A stretch of 64,000 nt of DNA from Gemmatimonas sp. Lineage in GTDB: Bacteria > Gemmatimonadota > Gemmatimonadetes > Gemmatimonadales > Gemmatimonadaceae. The stretch spans positions 9,649 through 73,648 of the forward strand of contig JAABRT010000005.1 of NCBI GenBank assembly GCA_011390805.1, in the 5' to 3' direction. The number at the start of each line of letters is the position of its first letter. Position 1 is the stretch's first letter. The notes beneath the pieces are model-generated. The model did not search any database. It was not told the origin of the DNA and saw only the letters and a program-made list of their open reading frames with translations. A program made the translations under genes and the position numbers. Below, one piece after another: positions 1 to 8,732 of this stretch.

Positions 1-2
1 CC

Positions 3-1121
3 GTGGCGCACTTCACACACGCGCGGCGTGTGCTGGCTGACTATGCGTTCGAAGAAACGGTGAGTAAGTCGCTGGTTGTGCGCGAGGCAATCGGGGTGTG
101 CGCACTCATTACCCCGTGGAACTGGCCAATCAATCAGATCGCCTGCAAAGTCGCGCCGGCGCTGGCCGCCGGTTGCACGATGGTACTCAAGCCCAGCGAG
201 GTGGCGCCGATGAGTGCGTTGCTGCTCGCCGAAGTGTTACACGAAGCAGGCGTGCCGGCCGGTGTGTTCAATCTGGTAAATGGTGACGGAGCCACTGTCG
301 GCGATGCACTGTCGCGCCATCCCGACGTGGACATGGTGTCATTCACAGGATCTACGCGTGCCGGTATCCTGGTGGCCAAGGCGGCCGCTGACACCGTTAA
401 GCGCGTTACGCAGGAACTCGGTGGCAAGTCGGCCAACATCATTCTCGATGACGCCGATCTCAAGACGGCCATCACCGGTGGTGTGCGCGGATGTTTCGGC
501 AACAGCGGACAGTCGTGCAATGCGCCAACGCGCATGTTCGTACCACGCGCGATGATGGCCGATGCTGAAACACTGGCGCGCGCGGTGGTGGACCGCATTG
601 TCGTGGGCGATCCGGCCAGCGAAGGCACGTCCATGGGCCCGGTGGTAAGCGCTGCGCAATACGAGCGCGTGCAAAAGCTGATCGGTGCCGGCATTGACGA
701 AGGCGCCACGGTGCTCACGGGGGGACTCGGCAAGCCGGATGGTCTGGAAACCGGCTATTACGTGAAACCCACGATTTTCACTAACGTCACCAACGCCATG
801 CGCATTGCGCGCGAAGAAATATTTGGTCCCGTGTTGGTGATGATCCCGTACGACTCGGAAGCCGACGCAATCGCCGCCGCCAACGATACGCCCTACGGGT
901 TGTCCGGCTATGTGTGGTCAGGCAGTACCGAGCGTGCGCTGCACGTGGCCAAAGCGCTGCGCACCGGCAATGTGCACATCAATGGCGGTCCGGTAGACCA
1001 CGGCGCTCCTTTCGGCGGCTACAAGCAATCAGGGAACGGTCGTGAATGGGGGGTGTTCGGCCTTGAAGATTTTCTGGAGACCAAGGCCATCATGGGGTTG
1101 CCGCGCGCTACGGAATCCTGA
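3..1121 (+). CDS. Aldehyde dehydrogenase family protein (5' end cut by window edge)
   Basis: The ORF is open to the window edge, and the GTG at 3 is only the first in-frame start. At 372 aa it is shorter than typical ALDHs of nearly 500 aa. Hallmarks present: ELGGKS, the catalytic-Cys motif FGNSGQSCNAPTR, and C-terminal GGYKQSGNGRE. Confidence 0.9.
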   Translation: MAHFTHARRVLADYAFEETVSKSLVVREAIGVCALITPWNWPINQIACKVAPALAAGCTMVLKPSEVAPMSALLLAEVLHEAGVPAGVFNLVNGDGATVGDALSRHPDVDMVSFTGSTRAGILVAKAAADTVKRVTQELGGKSANIILDDADLKTAITGGVRGCFGNSGQSCNAPTRMFVPRAMMADAETLARAVVDRIVVGDPASEGTSMGPVVSAAQYERVQKLIGAGIDEGATVLTGGLGKPDGLETGYYVKPTIFTNVTNAMRIAREEIFGPVLVMIPYDSEADAIAAANDTPYGLSGYVWSGSTERALHVAKALRTGNVHINGGPVDHGAPFGGYKQSGNGREWGVFGLEDFLETKAIMGLPRATES

Positions 1122-1141
1122 ACGGCACACGGTGCGCGGCA

Positions 1142-1876
1142 TTAACCGCCGCGCACCGCAAACCGCAGACTGCCGCCGTCCTGCAGTCGGCTCATGTCCA
1201 CCACATCAACAATACGTCCCCCGGCGGCGGCAATCACTTCTTCCACCTGCGAGCGGGCCACGAAGTGCATTTCGTAGGGAATGCGCCCGCGCAGGCGCTG
1301 CCAGAACCTCCGCAGATGTTCGCGCCGTAGCCGGTACCACCAGGCGCTGAGCGAGCCTTCGGCTATGTGAGGACCTATGCGCACTTGGAACACAGCCAGC
1401 CCTCCGCTGCGCACAATGCGCAGGAACTCGCCAATGTATTTCAGTGCCGGTTCGGGTGGCACGTGTTGCAGTGTGATGTTGCTGTAGACAAAGTCGAATG
1501 AGTTGTCGGCGAACAACTTCAGATGTGGCTGATCGTTCATTACGTAGCTGACTTTTTGCGGAGCAGCGTTGTACCGCTCGGCTGCAGCCACCATGGTGCT
1601 GGAAATATCTACGCCCGTCACGTGCGAGAAATGCGGCGCCAGCGCCTGCGTGAGTCGACCCACCCCACAGCCGAAATCAAGCGCACGATCCGGCGTAAAC
1701 GCGAGCTGTTCATCGTGCAGGTATTGCATCACGAGTGCGATTTCGGAGCGTCCGTGTGCGAAGAAGTCTTCCGGATCCCACTTGCCGCCGCGTCGCGCGT
1801 GATTGGTGAGCACTGCGTACATCGGATCGGTCTCACCGTACTTCTCAAATACCTGCTTGACGTGCTCGAGTCCCAT
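1142..1876 (-). CDS. Class I SAM-dependent methyltransferase
   Basis: SAM-binding motif I LDFGCGVGRLT, followed by DFVYSNITLQH. The track ORF extends to 1981. I prefer ATG 1876 (MGLEHVKQVFEKYGE...), and ATG 1915 is an alternative. Confidence 0.8.
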   Translation of the reverse strand: MGLEHVKQVFEKYGETDPMYAVLTNHARRGGKWDPEDFFAHGRSEIALVMQYLHDEQLAFTPDRALDFGCGVGRLTQALAPHFSHVTGVDISSTMVAAAERYNAAPQKVSYVMNDQPHLKLFADNSFDFVYSNITLQHVPPEPALKYIGEFLRIVRSGGLAVFQVRIGPHIAEGSLSAWWYRLRREHLRRFWQRLRGRIPYEMHFVARSQVEEVIAAAGGRIVDVVDMSRLQDGGSLRFAVRGG

Positions 1877-2022
1877 GGTGCGCTGGATGGAATGAGTCGT
1901 GGAGTCACGCCGCATGACGCCGAAGCCCTCACAATGCGCATCGGACCGCCCCGTGGTAACCTCGTGGAGCCAACCGGACACAACAGCGTTGCCCCAAGCG
2001 AACTATAGCGCCAGCTTTGGTG

Positions 2023-2784
2023 ATGCCTTCGTACGTCGATCCCCGAATCCCGCGCCGCCTCGCCGGCTGGCGCAGCCCTGCTCTCGGTCTCGAGATGCCC
2101 ATCGTTCACTATGGCTGGGGCGGTCAGCCCGTGCTGCTCTTTCCCACCGCGGCGGCAGACTACCTGGAGAACGAGCGTTTCTGGTTGGTCAAGGCGATTG
2201 AGCCGCTGATTGCGGCGGGTCGGGTGCAGGTGTTTTCCATCGACAGCATCAACCGGTTAGCCTGGATGGATCGCAAGCTGCCCGTGCCCGAACAGGCCAG
2301 ACGGCAAGCGCTGTATTCGCGCTACGTCGAAGACGAAGTCGTGCCGTTTATCCGTCATGCCGTGAGCGATCCGGGTGCACGGGCCATCACCACCGGCGCC
2401 AGCTTCGGATGCTTTCACGCCGCCAATGCGCTCTTCCGACGCCCTGATCTGTTTGGTGGCCTGATTGGCATGAGCGGCTTCTATGACTTGTCGCCAGGCT
2501 ACTTCAAGGGCTACAGTCAGGAGAACGCGTACTTCAACAACCCCATGTGGTACGTGGCCAATCTCGAAGGCGGTCCGCTGGACACGCTGCGCCATCACAC
2601 GCGTATTGCACTGGTGGCCGGACAGGGCGCATACGAAGCGCCCGATGCCACGCGCAACTTTCATCACCTGCTCGACCGCAAGCAAATCGGACATGTGTTC
2701 GATCTCTGGGGCCACGATGTCAACCATGACTGGCCCTGGTGGCGGAAAATGCTACCGCATTATCTGGAGCGTCTCGGATGCTGA
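2023..2784 (+). CDS. Esterase-family alpha/beta hydrolase (putative-esterase/esterase D type)
   Basis: Nucleophile elbow GASFG within GASFGCFHAANALFRRPDLFGG, then MSGFYD. The track start at 2017 is TTG, and the first ATG is at 2023. Confidence 0.7.
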   Translation: MPSYVDPRIPRRLAGWRSPALGLEMPIVHYGWGGQPVLLFPTAAADYLENERFWLVKAIEPLIAAGRVQVFSIDSINRLAWMDRKLPVPEQARRQALYSRYVEDEVVPFIRHAVSDPGARAITTGASFGCFHAANALFRRPDLFGGLIGMSGFYDLSPGYFKGYSQENAYFNNPMWYVANLEGGPLDTLRHHTRIALVAGQGAYEAPDATRNFHHLLDRKQIGHVFDLWGHDVNHDWPWWRKMLPHYLERLGC

Positions 2785-4118
2785 AGAGCCCAACCGTACG
2801 TGGTGGATCGCGCAGTGCCCGCTCGGCGAACGTGAAAACGCTGTGCGCGATTGTACTGACAGCGGCGTTCACCTTGGCTCCGGCACACCGCACTGTGTTG
2901 GCGCAGGACGCCGGTGTGCAACCGCTGCGCAACGCCGATCTGGCGACCCGACGCGCTCACGTGCGCACACTGCTGCGCGATGTGCCTTTGGTGGACGGAC
3001 ACAACGACTTGCCGTGGGTGATGCGCAACTACGCCAACGCACCACTTGATGTCGTAGCCTACGATCTCACCAAGACCACGCCGGGCCACACCGATATGGC
3101 CCGACTGCGCGAAGGCGGAATAGGCGGACAGTTCTGGTCGGTGTACGTGCCCGGTACAGTGGCCGACTCCGGGTACGCCCGTATTCAGCTCGAGCAGATT
3201 GACGTGGCACGCCGTGTCATCGCGCGCTATCCCGCCGATTTGCAGTGGGCACTCAGCGCTGACGCTATTCGTAGTGCACACAAAGCCGGACGCATTGGTT
3301 CGGTGCTGGGGATGGAAGGCGGACACGTCATTGAAAACTCCCTGGGCGCACTGCGCGCATACTACGAGTTGGGCGCACGCTACATGACACTTACGCATAG
3401 TGTCACGCTGGACTGGGCCGACGCCGCCGGTGATGTGCCGCGACACAACGGACTGACGGCTTTTGGTCGCGAAGTCGTGCGCGAGATGAACCGACTGGGC
3501 ATGCTGGTGGACTTGTCGCATGTCACGCCGGCCGTGATGAGCAACGCGCTGGATGTGACTGAGGCGCCCGTCATCTTCTCTCACTCCAATGCACGCGCAG
3601 TCACGGATGTGGTGCGCAATGTGCCCGACAGTATTCTGCGCCGACTGCCCGCCAATGGCGGTGTGATCATGGTAACGTTTGTGCCGGGCTTCTCATCGCA
3701 GAAAGTTGCCAACTGGAATCGCTCACTTGACTCCGCGCGTACCGCGGCCGGCAGCGATACCGACGCGCAGTTCAAAGCGGTGGCCGAGTATCGTGCGGCC
3801 CATCCCGCTCCCAGTGCAACACTGAGCGATGTGGCCGATCATCTCGATCACATCAAGCGGGTGGCCGGTGCCGCGCACGTTGGACTCGGCGGGGACTACG
3901 ACGGCATTTCCGAAGTAGTGCAGGGACTGGAGGATGTGTCCAAGTATCCCGATCTGCTGGCCGAGCTGGTGAAGCGCGGATGGACTGATGCCGAACTGCG
4001 CGGCGTGATCGGCGACAATGTCTTGCGCGTGATGCAGCGCGCCGAAGCGGTGGCGTCGCGACTTCAGCGGGAGCGGCCGGCATCTACCAAAACCATTCAG
4101 GCGCTCGACGGGCGCTGA
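2778..4118 (+). CDS. Membrane (renal-type) dipeptidase, peptidase family M19, secreted
   Basis: M19 signature VDGHNDLPW plus FSHSNARA. ATG 2778 overlaps the upstream stop (ATGCTGA). That start gives a signal-peptide-like N-terminus, MLKSPTVRGGSRSARSANVKTLCAIVLTAAFTLAPA. Confidence 0.9.
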   Translation: MLKSPTVRGGSRSARSANVKTLCAIVLTAAFTLAPAHRTVLAQDAGVQPLRNADLATRRAHVRTLLRDVPLVDGHNDLPWVMRNYANAPLDVVAYDLTKTTPGHTDMARLREGGIGGQFWSVYVPGTVADSGYARIQLEQIDVARRVIARYPADLQWALSADAIRSAHKAGRIGSVLGMEGGHVIENSLGALRAYYELGARYMTLTHSVTLDWADAAGDVPRHNGLTAFGREVVREMNRLGMLVDLSHVTPAVMSNALDVTEAPVIFSHSNARAVTDVVRNVPDSILRRLPANGGVIMVTFVPGFSSQKVANWNRSLDSARTAAGSDTDAQFKAVAEYRAAHPAPSATLSDVADHLDHIKRVAGAAHVGLGGDYDGISEVVQGLEDVSKYPDLLAELVKRGWTDAELRGVIGDNVLRVMQRAEAVASRLQRERPASTKTIQALDGR

Positions 4119-4153
4119 TCGTCATTTCCTTTTCACTTAGACGGGAGCTGCCA

Positions 4154-5341
4154 ATGACCATCGATCGCCGACACTTTCTGAAATCCGGAGCCCTGTTTGG
4201 CGGTGCGATGGGTCTGGGTATGGTGCCGCAGCTCGCCAGTGCTGCCGACACGTCAGATGCTACGGGCACCGCGTTGCCGGGCACCGCCCGGCATATCCCG
4301 CGTGCCGCTGCGCCACTGCGCATTCTCATTCTTGGCGGCACAGGTTTTATCGGGCCCGCGCAGGTGGAGTATGCGTTGGCGCGCGGACATACCGTCACCT
4401 TGTTCAACCGCGGCCGCACCAATCCCGGTCTCTTTCCGGCTGTCGAGAAGCTGCAGGGAGATCGCAACGAGCCCGACGGGTATGCCGCCCTCAAGGGCGA
4501 TCGCGAATGGGACGTGGTGATCGACAACCCGACCACGTATCCGCACTGGGTTCGGGGCGCGGCCGATGCTCTGGCCGGACGTACCAAGCAGTACATGTTT
4601 GTCTCTACGATCAGTGTCTTCAGCGACTATTCAACCATTGGCATTGCCGAAGACGGACCGCTGCACCCGCCGGGAGATCCCGACGCACGCACGATGACGC
4701 CAGCAGGGCCTTCGTCGTACGGCCCGCTCAAAGTGCGCTCAGAACTCACGGCCCTTGAGCGCTTTGGTGCTGACGCGACCACGATCGTGAGGCCCGGCCT
4801 CATCGTTGGCCCCGGCGATTTGAGTGACCGCTTCAGTTACTGGCCGGTGCGGATTGACAAAGGCGGAGAGATCATGGCTCCCGGCACGCCCAACGATCCC
4901 ACGCAGTACGTTGATGCGCGAGATCTGAGCGAATGGATGATCCGATTGGCTGAACAGCGCCGGATGGGCACCTTTAACGCCACGGGACCGAGCACACCCA
5001 CGAACATGGCGGAGCTGTTGTACGGCATCAAAGCCGTCACCACCAGCAACGCGCGCTTTACCTGGGTCGACGCAGATTTCCTTGAGGCGCATCAGGTAGC
5101 CGGTTGGCGTGAGATGCCAGTGTGGTTGCCTCCGCGCGGCCGGACCGCCGGCTTCATGCGCATTGATTGCACCAAGGCGTGGGAATCGGGGCTGACTTTC
5201 CGGCCGCTGGCCGAGACGGCGCGCGACACGCTGGAGTGGTATCACACCCGTCCCGCGGAGCAACAGGAACGGGCGCGGGCCGGTATCGCACCCGAAAAGG
5301 AAGCGGCGGTGCTCAAGGCGTGGCACGCGCGCGCTGGCTGA
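4154..5341 (+). CDS. NAD-dependent epimerase/dehydratase (extended SDR) with twin-arginine export signal
   Basis: Tat-type N-terminus MTIDRRHFLKSGALFGGAMGLG...ASA, followed by the Rossmann motif ILILGGTGFIGP. A GGGAG Shine-Dalgarno sequence lies upstream. Confidence 0.8.
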   Translation: MTIDRRHFLKSGALFGGAMGLGMVPQLASAADTSDATGTALPGTARHIPRAAAPLRILILGGTGFIGPAQVEYALARGHTVTLFNRGRTNPGLFPAVEKLQGDRNEPDGYAALKGDREWDVVIDNPTTYPHWVRGAADALAGRTKQYMFVSTISVFSDYSTIGIAEDGPLHPPGDPDARTMTPAGPSSYGPLKVRSELTALERFGADATTIVRPGLIVGPGDLSDRFSYWPVRIDKGGEIMAPGTPNDPTQYVDARDLSEWMIRLAEQRRMGTFNATGPSTPTNMAELLYGIKAVTTSNARFTWVDADFLEAHQVAGWREMPVWLPPRGRTAGFMRIDCTKAWESGLTFRPLAETARDTLEWYHTRPAEQQERARAGIAPEKEAAVLKAWHARAG

Positions 5342-5382
5342 TTGCCGGTCGGCTTCGGTCTGATGTCACGAACTTACATTGC

Positions 5383-5412
5383 TTGACAGCGTTAGGTTAA
5401 CAGTGTTAACCT
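5383..5412 (+). promoter_or_regulatory. Putative tetR promoter overlapped by an operator palindrome
   Basis: TTGACA at 5383-5388 and TAACCT at 5407-5412 (18-nt spacer). The -10 element ends 6 nt before ATG 5419, implying a leaderless or near-leaderless mRNA. A perfect inverted repeat AGGTTAACA-g-TGTTAACCT spans 5394-5412. The 9-mer ACAG[C/T]GTTA occurs at 5386, 5400 and 6170. Confidence 0.45.
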
Positions 5413-5418
5413 GACCTC

Positions 5419-6072
5419 ATGAGCACCTCAAGCATTACCAAACCCGCAGGGTCTGCAGCCCGGCGGGTTCGTCAAAAGGAAGAAACGCGCGACCGCATTC
5501 TGAATGCGGCGCGCGAGCTGTTTGTGGCCAACGGCGTTGAAGCCACCACAATGCGGGCCATCGCAGCCCGCATCGAGTACACGCCCACCGCGATCTATCA
5601 CCACTTCCGCGATAAGGAAGCGCTCATTGAGGAGCTGTGCTACCTCGATTTCAGAGCGCTCGCCGCAGCGCTGGTCCGCATTGGGGAAATCCCGGATCCG
5701 CTGGAACGCATCAGGAAAATGGGCTGGGCCTACGCCGATTTCGGGTTCGAAAACAGAGGCCAGTATCAGTTCATGTTCATGACACAAACGAGCCATGTAG
5801 CTATTGATACGAGCCGAGTGGAAAAGAATAACCCTGAAGAAGACGCGTATGGCTTTCTGGTGCAAACCGTCGAAGAGGGGCTCAAAAAAGGCTTGTTCAG
5901 ACCGGAGTTTCAGGATGAACACCAGCTCGCGCAGATCTTCTGGAGCGGGTTGCACGGCCTGATCTCGCTGCATATCGCCAAGGCCGACGACCCGTGGATC
6001 TCCTGGCGAGACCCGCGCTCCACCATCCGGTTGGCCATCGATGTCATGGTGCGAGGAACACGACGGCAGTAG
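5419..6072 (+). CDS. TetR/AcrR family transcriptional regulator
   Basis: N-terminal helix-turn-helix TTMRAIAARIEYTPTAIYHHFRDKEAL. It lies directly upstream of a TolC-MFP-RND efflux operon. Confidence 0.9.
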   Translation: MSTSSITKPAGSAARRVRQKEETRDRILNAARELFVANGVEATTMRAIAARIEYTPTAIYHHFRDKEALIEELCYLDFRALAAALVRIGEIPDPLERIRKMGWAYADFGFENRGQYQFMFMTQTSHVAIDTSRVEKNNPEEDAYGFLVQTVEEGLKKGLFRPEFQDEHQLAQIFWSGLHGLISLHIAKADDPWISWRDPRSTIRLAIDVMVRGTRRQ

Positions 6073-6130
6073 CCAGCACCGCTGGATCCGCTCTCAAGCC
6101 CACCACCACACCGCCCCCACCGCCCGCCAA

Positions 6131-6160
6131 GCCCCGAAACCTCGGGGCGCTTCTTTGCCC
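6131..6160 (+). terminator. Hairpin plus T-rich tail after tetR
   Basis: GCCCCGA (6131-6137) pairs with TCGGGGC (6142-6148) around a 4-nt loop, followed by GCTTCTTTGCCC. Confidence 0.5.
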
Positions 6161-6166
6161 AAATAC

Positions 6167-6179
6167 TTAACAGCGTTAC
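6167..6179 (+). promoter_or_regulatory. Second TetR-operator-like site upstream of the efflux genes
   Basis: TTAACAGCGTTAC resembles the tetR-proximal TTAACAGTGTTAAC. It ends 11 nt upstream of ATG 6191. Confidence 0.35.
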
Positions 6180-6190
6180 GCCACCGAACC

Positions 6191-7597
6191 ATGTTCACTT
6201 TTCTCTCCGGACTGCTCGCTCGTGCCCGGCAGCAACCGATTCTCATGATCACGCTCGGGGCGCTGCTGGCCTCCTTGGCTCACGCATTGGTTCAGCCGCT
6301 GCGAGCCCAGCCTACCGCCGAAGCGGTGCTCGATGAACTCGTGCGGGAAGCGCTGGAGCGAAATCTCCAGCTGGCGCAGCAGCGACTCACCACCGAGCAG
6401 GGAGCCAGCGGGGTGCGGCAGGCCCGCGGCGTGCTGCTGCCTACGCTGGCCGTCGATGCGCGCTACTCCGAATTCAGCGGTGTGGTCAATATCGGTGAGT
6501 TCATTAACCCGGCCTACGAAGCGCTCAACCAGCTGCTCGGGCAGAACGCGTTCCCCACCAACATCGCCGCCACGCTGCCGTTCCGTCAGGAGACTCGGCT
6601 CCGGGCCACGCAGGTGATCTACAATCAGGCCGCCATTGAGCAGTGGCGATTGGCCCGTTCGGTATATGGCGTGTCGCGCGCGAGCCAGGAGCTGGCGGCC
6701 CGACAAACCGCGGCCGATGTGCAGCTCGCCTGGCTGGCGCTGGCGGGAGCCACACGGGTTCTCGACGTGTATGAATCAGCTCTTACGGTGTTGGCAGAAA
6801 ACGAACGGGTAGCCGACCGGCTGGTGGCCAACGGGCAGGGTACCGCCGACGCGGTGTTTCGCGCGCGCGCCGACAAAGCCGGAGTAGAGCAACAGCTGGC
6901 CGACGCCCAGCGACAGCGCGATGCCGCTCAACGGCTGCTTAATTCCCTGCTCGATCGAGACCCGGACACCCCCATCACCGTTGTCGACGACAGCACGCTG
7001 GTGCGGCCACTCCCCTCCGATCGCGACGCCACGCTAAACGAAGCGTTGGCGCGCCGCGAGGAGCTGGAGCAGGCGTCCCTCGGAGTGAGCATTGCCGACC
7101 GACAGGTACGGCTGGCCTCGTCGGCCTTTCTCCCCAGTGTGGCGTTGGCGGCAGACTGGGGCATTCAGGGTGATCGCTACACCCTCGATGGCAGTGGAAA
7201 CGTGGCCGTGGCGTCACTCGTGCTGCAATGGAACCTGTTCAACGGCGGACAGGACGCGGCGAGACGCGAGCAGGCCACGCTCGAAAGGCGCAAGGCAGAG
7301 CTTCGGCAGCGCGATACGGAGCGACAGGTCACGTTGCAGGTGGAACAGGCCTGGGACGCGGCAGCGGTCGCCCAACGCGCGCTCACCACATCCGCAGCCC
7401 GACTGGCAGCCGCGCGCAGCTCGTTCACACTGGTCTCGCGCCGCTACGACGAAGGCCTCGCCCCGCACATCGAGTTTGTGGCCGCGCGTGAGTCGCTCAC
7501 ACAGGCGGAGCTCAATGCGGTGCTCTCGCGATTCACCTACGCCGCGCGCCGGGTAGACCTCGAGCGCGCCGCGGCGCTGCGTGCGCTCACGCCCTGA
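6191..7597 (+). CDS. TolC-family outer-membrane efflux protein
   Basis: About 470 aa with the two-repeat, coiled, Ala/Leu/Gln/Arg-rich organisation typical of outer-membrane factors. ATG 6191 gives a signal peptide (MFTFLSGLLARARQQPILMITLGALLASLAHA). The track start at 6041 overlaps tetR and is rejected. Confidence 0.85.
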   Translation: MFTFLSGLLARARQQPILMITLGALLASLAHALVQPLRAQPTAEAVLDELVREALERNLQLAQQRLTTEQGASGVRQARGVLLPTLAVDARYSEFSGVVNIGEFINPAYEALNQLLGQNAFPTNIAATLPFRQETRLRATQVIYNQAAIEQWRLARSVYGVSRASQELAARQTAADVQLAWLALAGATRVLDVYESALTVLAENERVADRLVANGQGTADAVFRARADKAGVEQQLADAQRQRDAAQRLLNSLLDRDPDTPITVVDDSTLVRPLPSDRDATLNEALARREELEQASLGVSIADRQVRLASSAFLPSVALAADWGIQGDRYTLDGSGNVAVASLVLQWNLFNGGQDAARREQATLERRKAELRQRDTERQVTLQVEQAWDAAAVAQRALTTSAARLAAARSSFTLVSRRYDEGLAPHIEFVAARESLTQAELNAVLSRFTYAARRVDLERAAALRALTP

Positions 7598-7670
7598 CGG
7601 ACTCCACCACATGTCTCCGCTACGCTCACACGCTGTCTCCGATCAGTACCACCGTCCACCGGCACTTCAG

Positions 7671-8732
7671 ATGCTGTCTTCCTCCGCTTCCCGCCCGGCG
7701 AATGCGCTGGCAATCATCGCGCTTTCCGCCGTTTTTCTGGCCGCGTGTTCCGGCGCTGATGCGACACCAGACACAAGTACGATCGCGCCCATTCCAATTG
7801 CACTGGGCAACGTGACACGTGAAGTGGTGTCGCGTCCGGTCACGGCCACCGGTGCATTCGGTCCCAAAGACGAAGTGCTGCTGTCATTCAAAATCGGTGG
7901 CATCGTCGCACGCGTTTCGGTAGACGAAGGAGACGCAGTGTCGCAGGGCATGCAGCTTGCCGCGCTCGATCTGCGTGAGATCGATGCCATGTTGACCAAG
8001 GCAAACATTGCCGTGGAGAAAGCCACGCGTGATGTCACGCGATTGCGTGCCTTGCAACGTGACAGCGTGGCCACACTCGCACAGTTGCAGGACGCCGAGT
8101 CTGCACTTGCCGCTGCCCAAGCCGATCGGCAGACAGCGCTGGTGAACCGCGAGTATGCGGTGATTACGGCGCCTGTGAGCGGCCGCATTCTGCGTCGCCG
8201 TGTGCAACCCGGTGCGCTCGTTTCGGCGGGACAGGAACTGTTCACGCTCGGCAGCGATGCCCGCGGACGGGTGGTGCGTGTAGGTATTCCCGACCGCGAT
8301 GCCGTGCGCGTGCAGGAAGGGCAATCCGCCACGATTCAGTTTGACGCACTGCCCGGTCAGACCTTTAGCGGACGCGTGTCGCAGCGTGGCGCAGCCACGG
8401 ACCCCCGCACCGGAATGGTACCGGTGGAGGTCACGGTGACCGGTGCAGAGATGATGCCTGCCGGAACAGTTGCACGTGTGGCGATTACGGTACCATCCGC
8501 CGCCGAAGTCACGCTCGTTCCCATTGAGGCCATTATCGAAGCCGACGGAGATTCGGCCACTGTGTACAGCATGCGCGATGGGCGTGCGGTACGGCATGCG
8601 GTGCGCGTGCTGTACATCGAAGGTACGCGCGTGGCCGTTGAAGGGCTCGCCGGTGTAACGCGGGTGGTGAGCAGCGGGGCTCCGTATCTCTCCGACAGTT
8701 CTCCGGTGCGCGAAGTGGAAGGTGCGCGATGA
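7671..8732 (+). CDS. Efflux RND periplasmic adaptor (membrane fusion protein, HlyD family), lipoprotein
   Basis: Lipobox FLAACSG after start MLSSSASRPANALAIIAL. Lipoyl/beta-barrel MFP pattern (GIVARVSVDEGDAVSQGMQLAALD ... ITAPVSGRI). ATG 7611 is an alternative start. Confidence 0.85.
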   Translation: MLSSSASRPANALAIIALSAVFLAACSGADATPDTSTIAPIPIALGNVTREVVSRPVTATGAFGPKDEVLLSFKIGGIVARVSVDEGDAVSQGMQLAALDLREIDAMLTKANIAVEKATRDVTRLRALQRDSVATLAQLQDAESALAAAQADRQTALVNREYAVITAPVSGRILRRRVQPGALVSAGQELFTLGSDARGRVVRVGIPDRDAVRVQEGQSATIQFDALPGQTFSGRVSQRGAATDPRTGMVPVEVTVTGAEMMPAGTVARVAITVPSAAEVTLVPIEAIIEADGDSATVYSMRDGRAVRHAVRVLYIEGTRVAVEGLAGVTRVVSSGAPYLSDSSPVREVEGAR

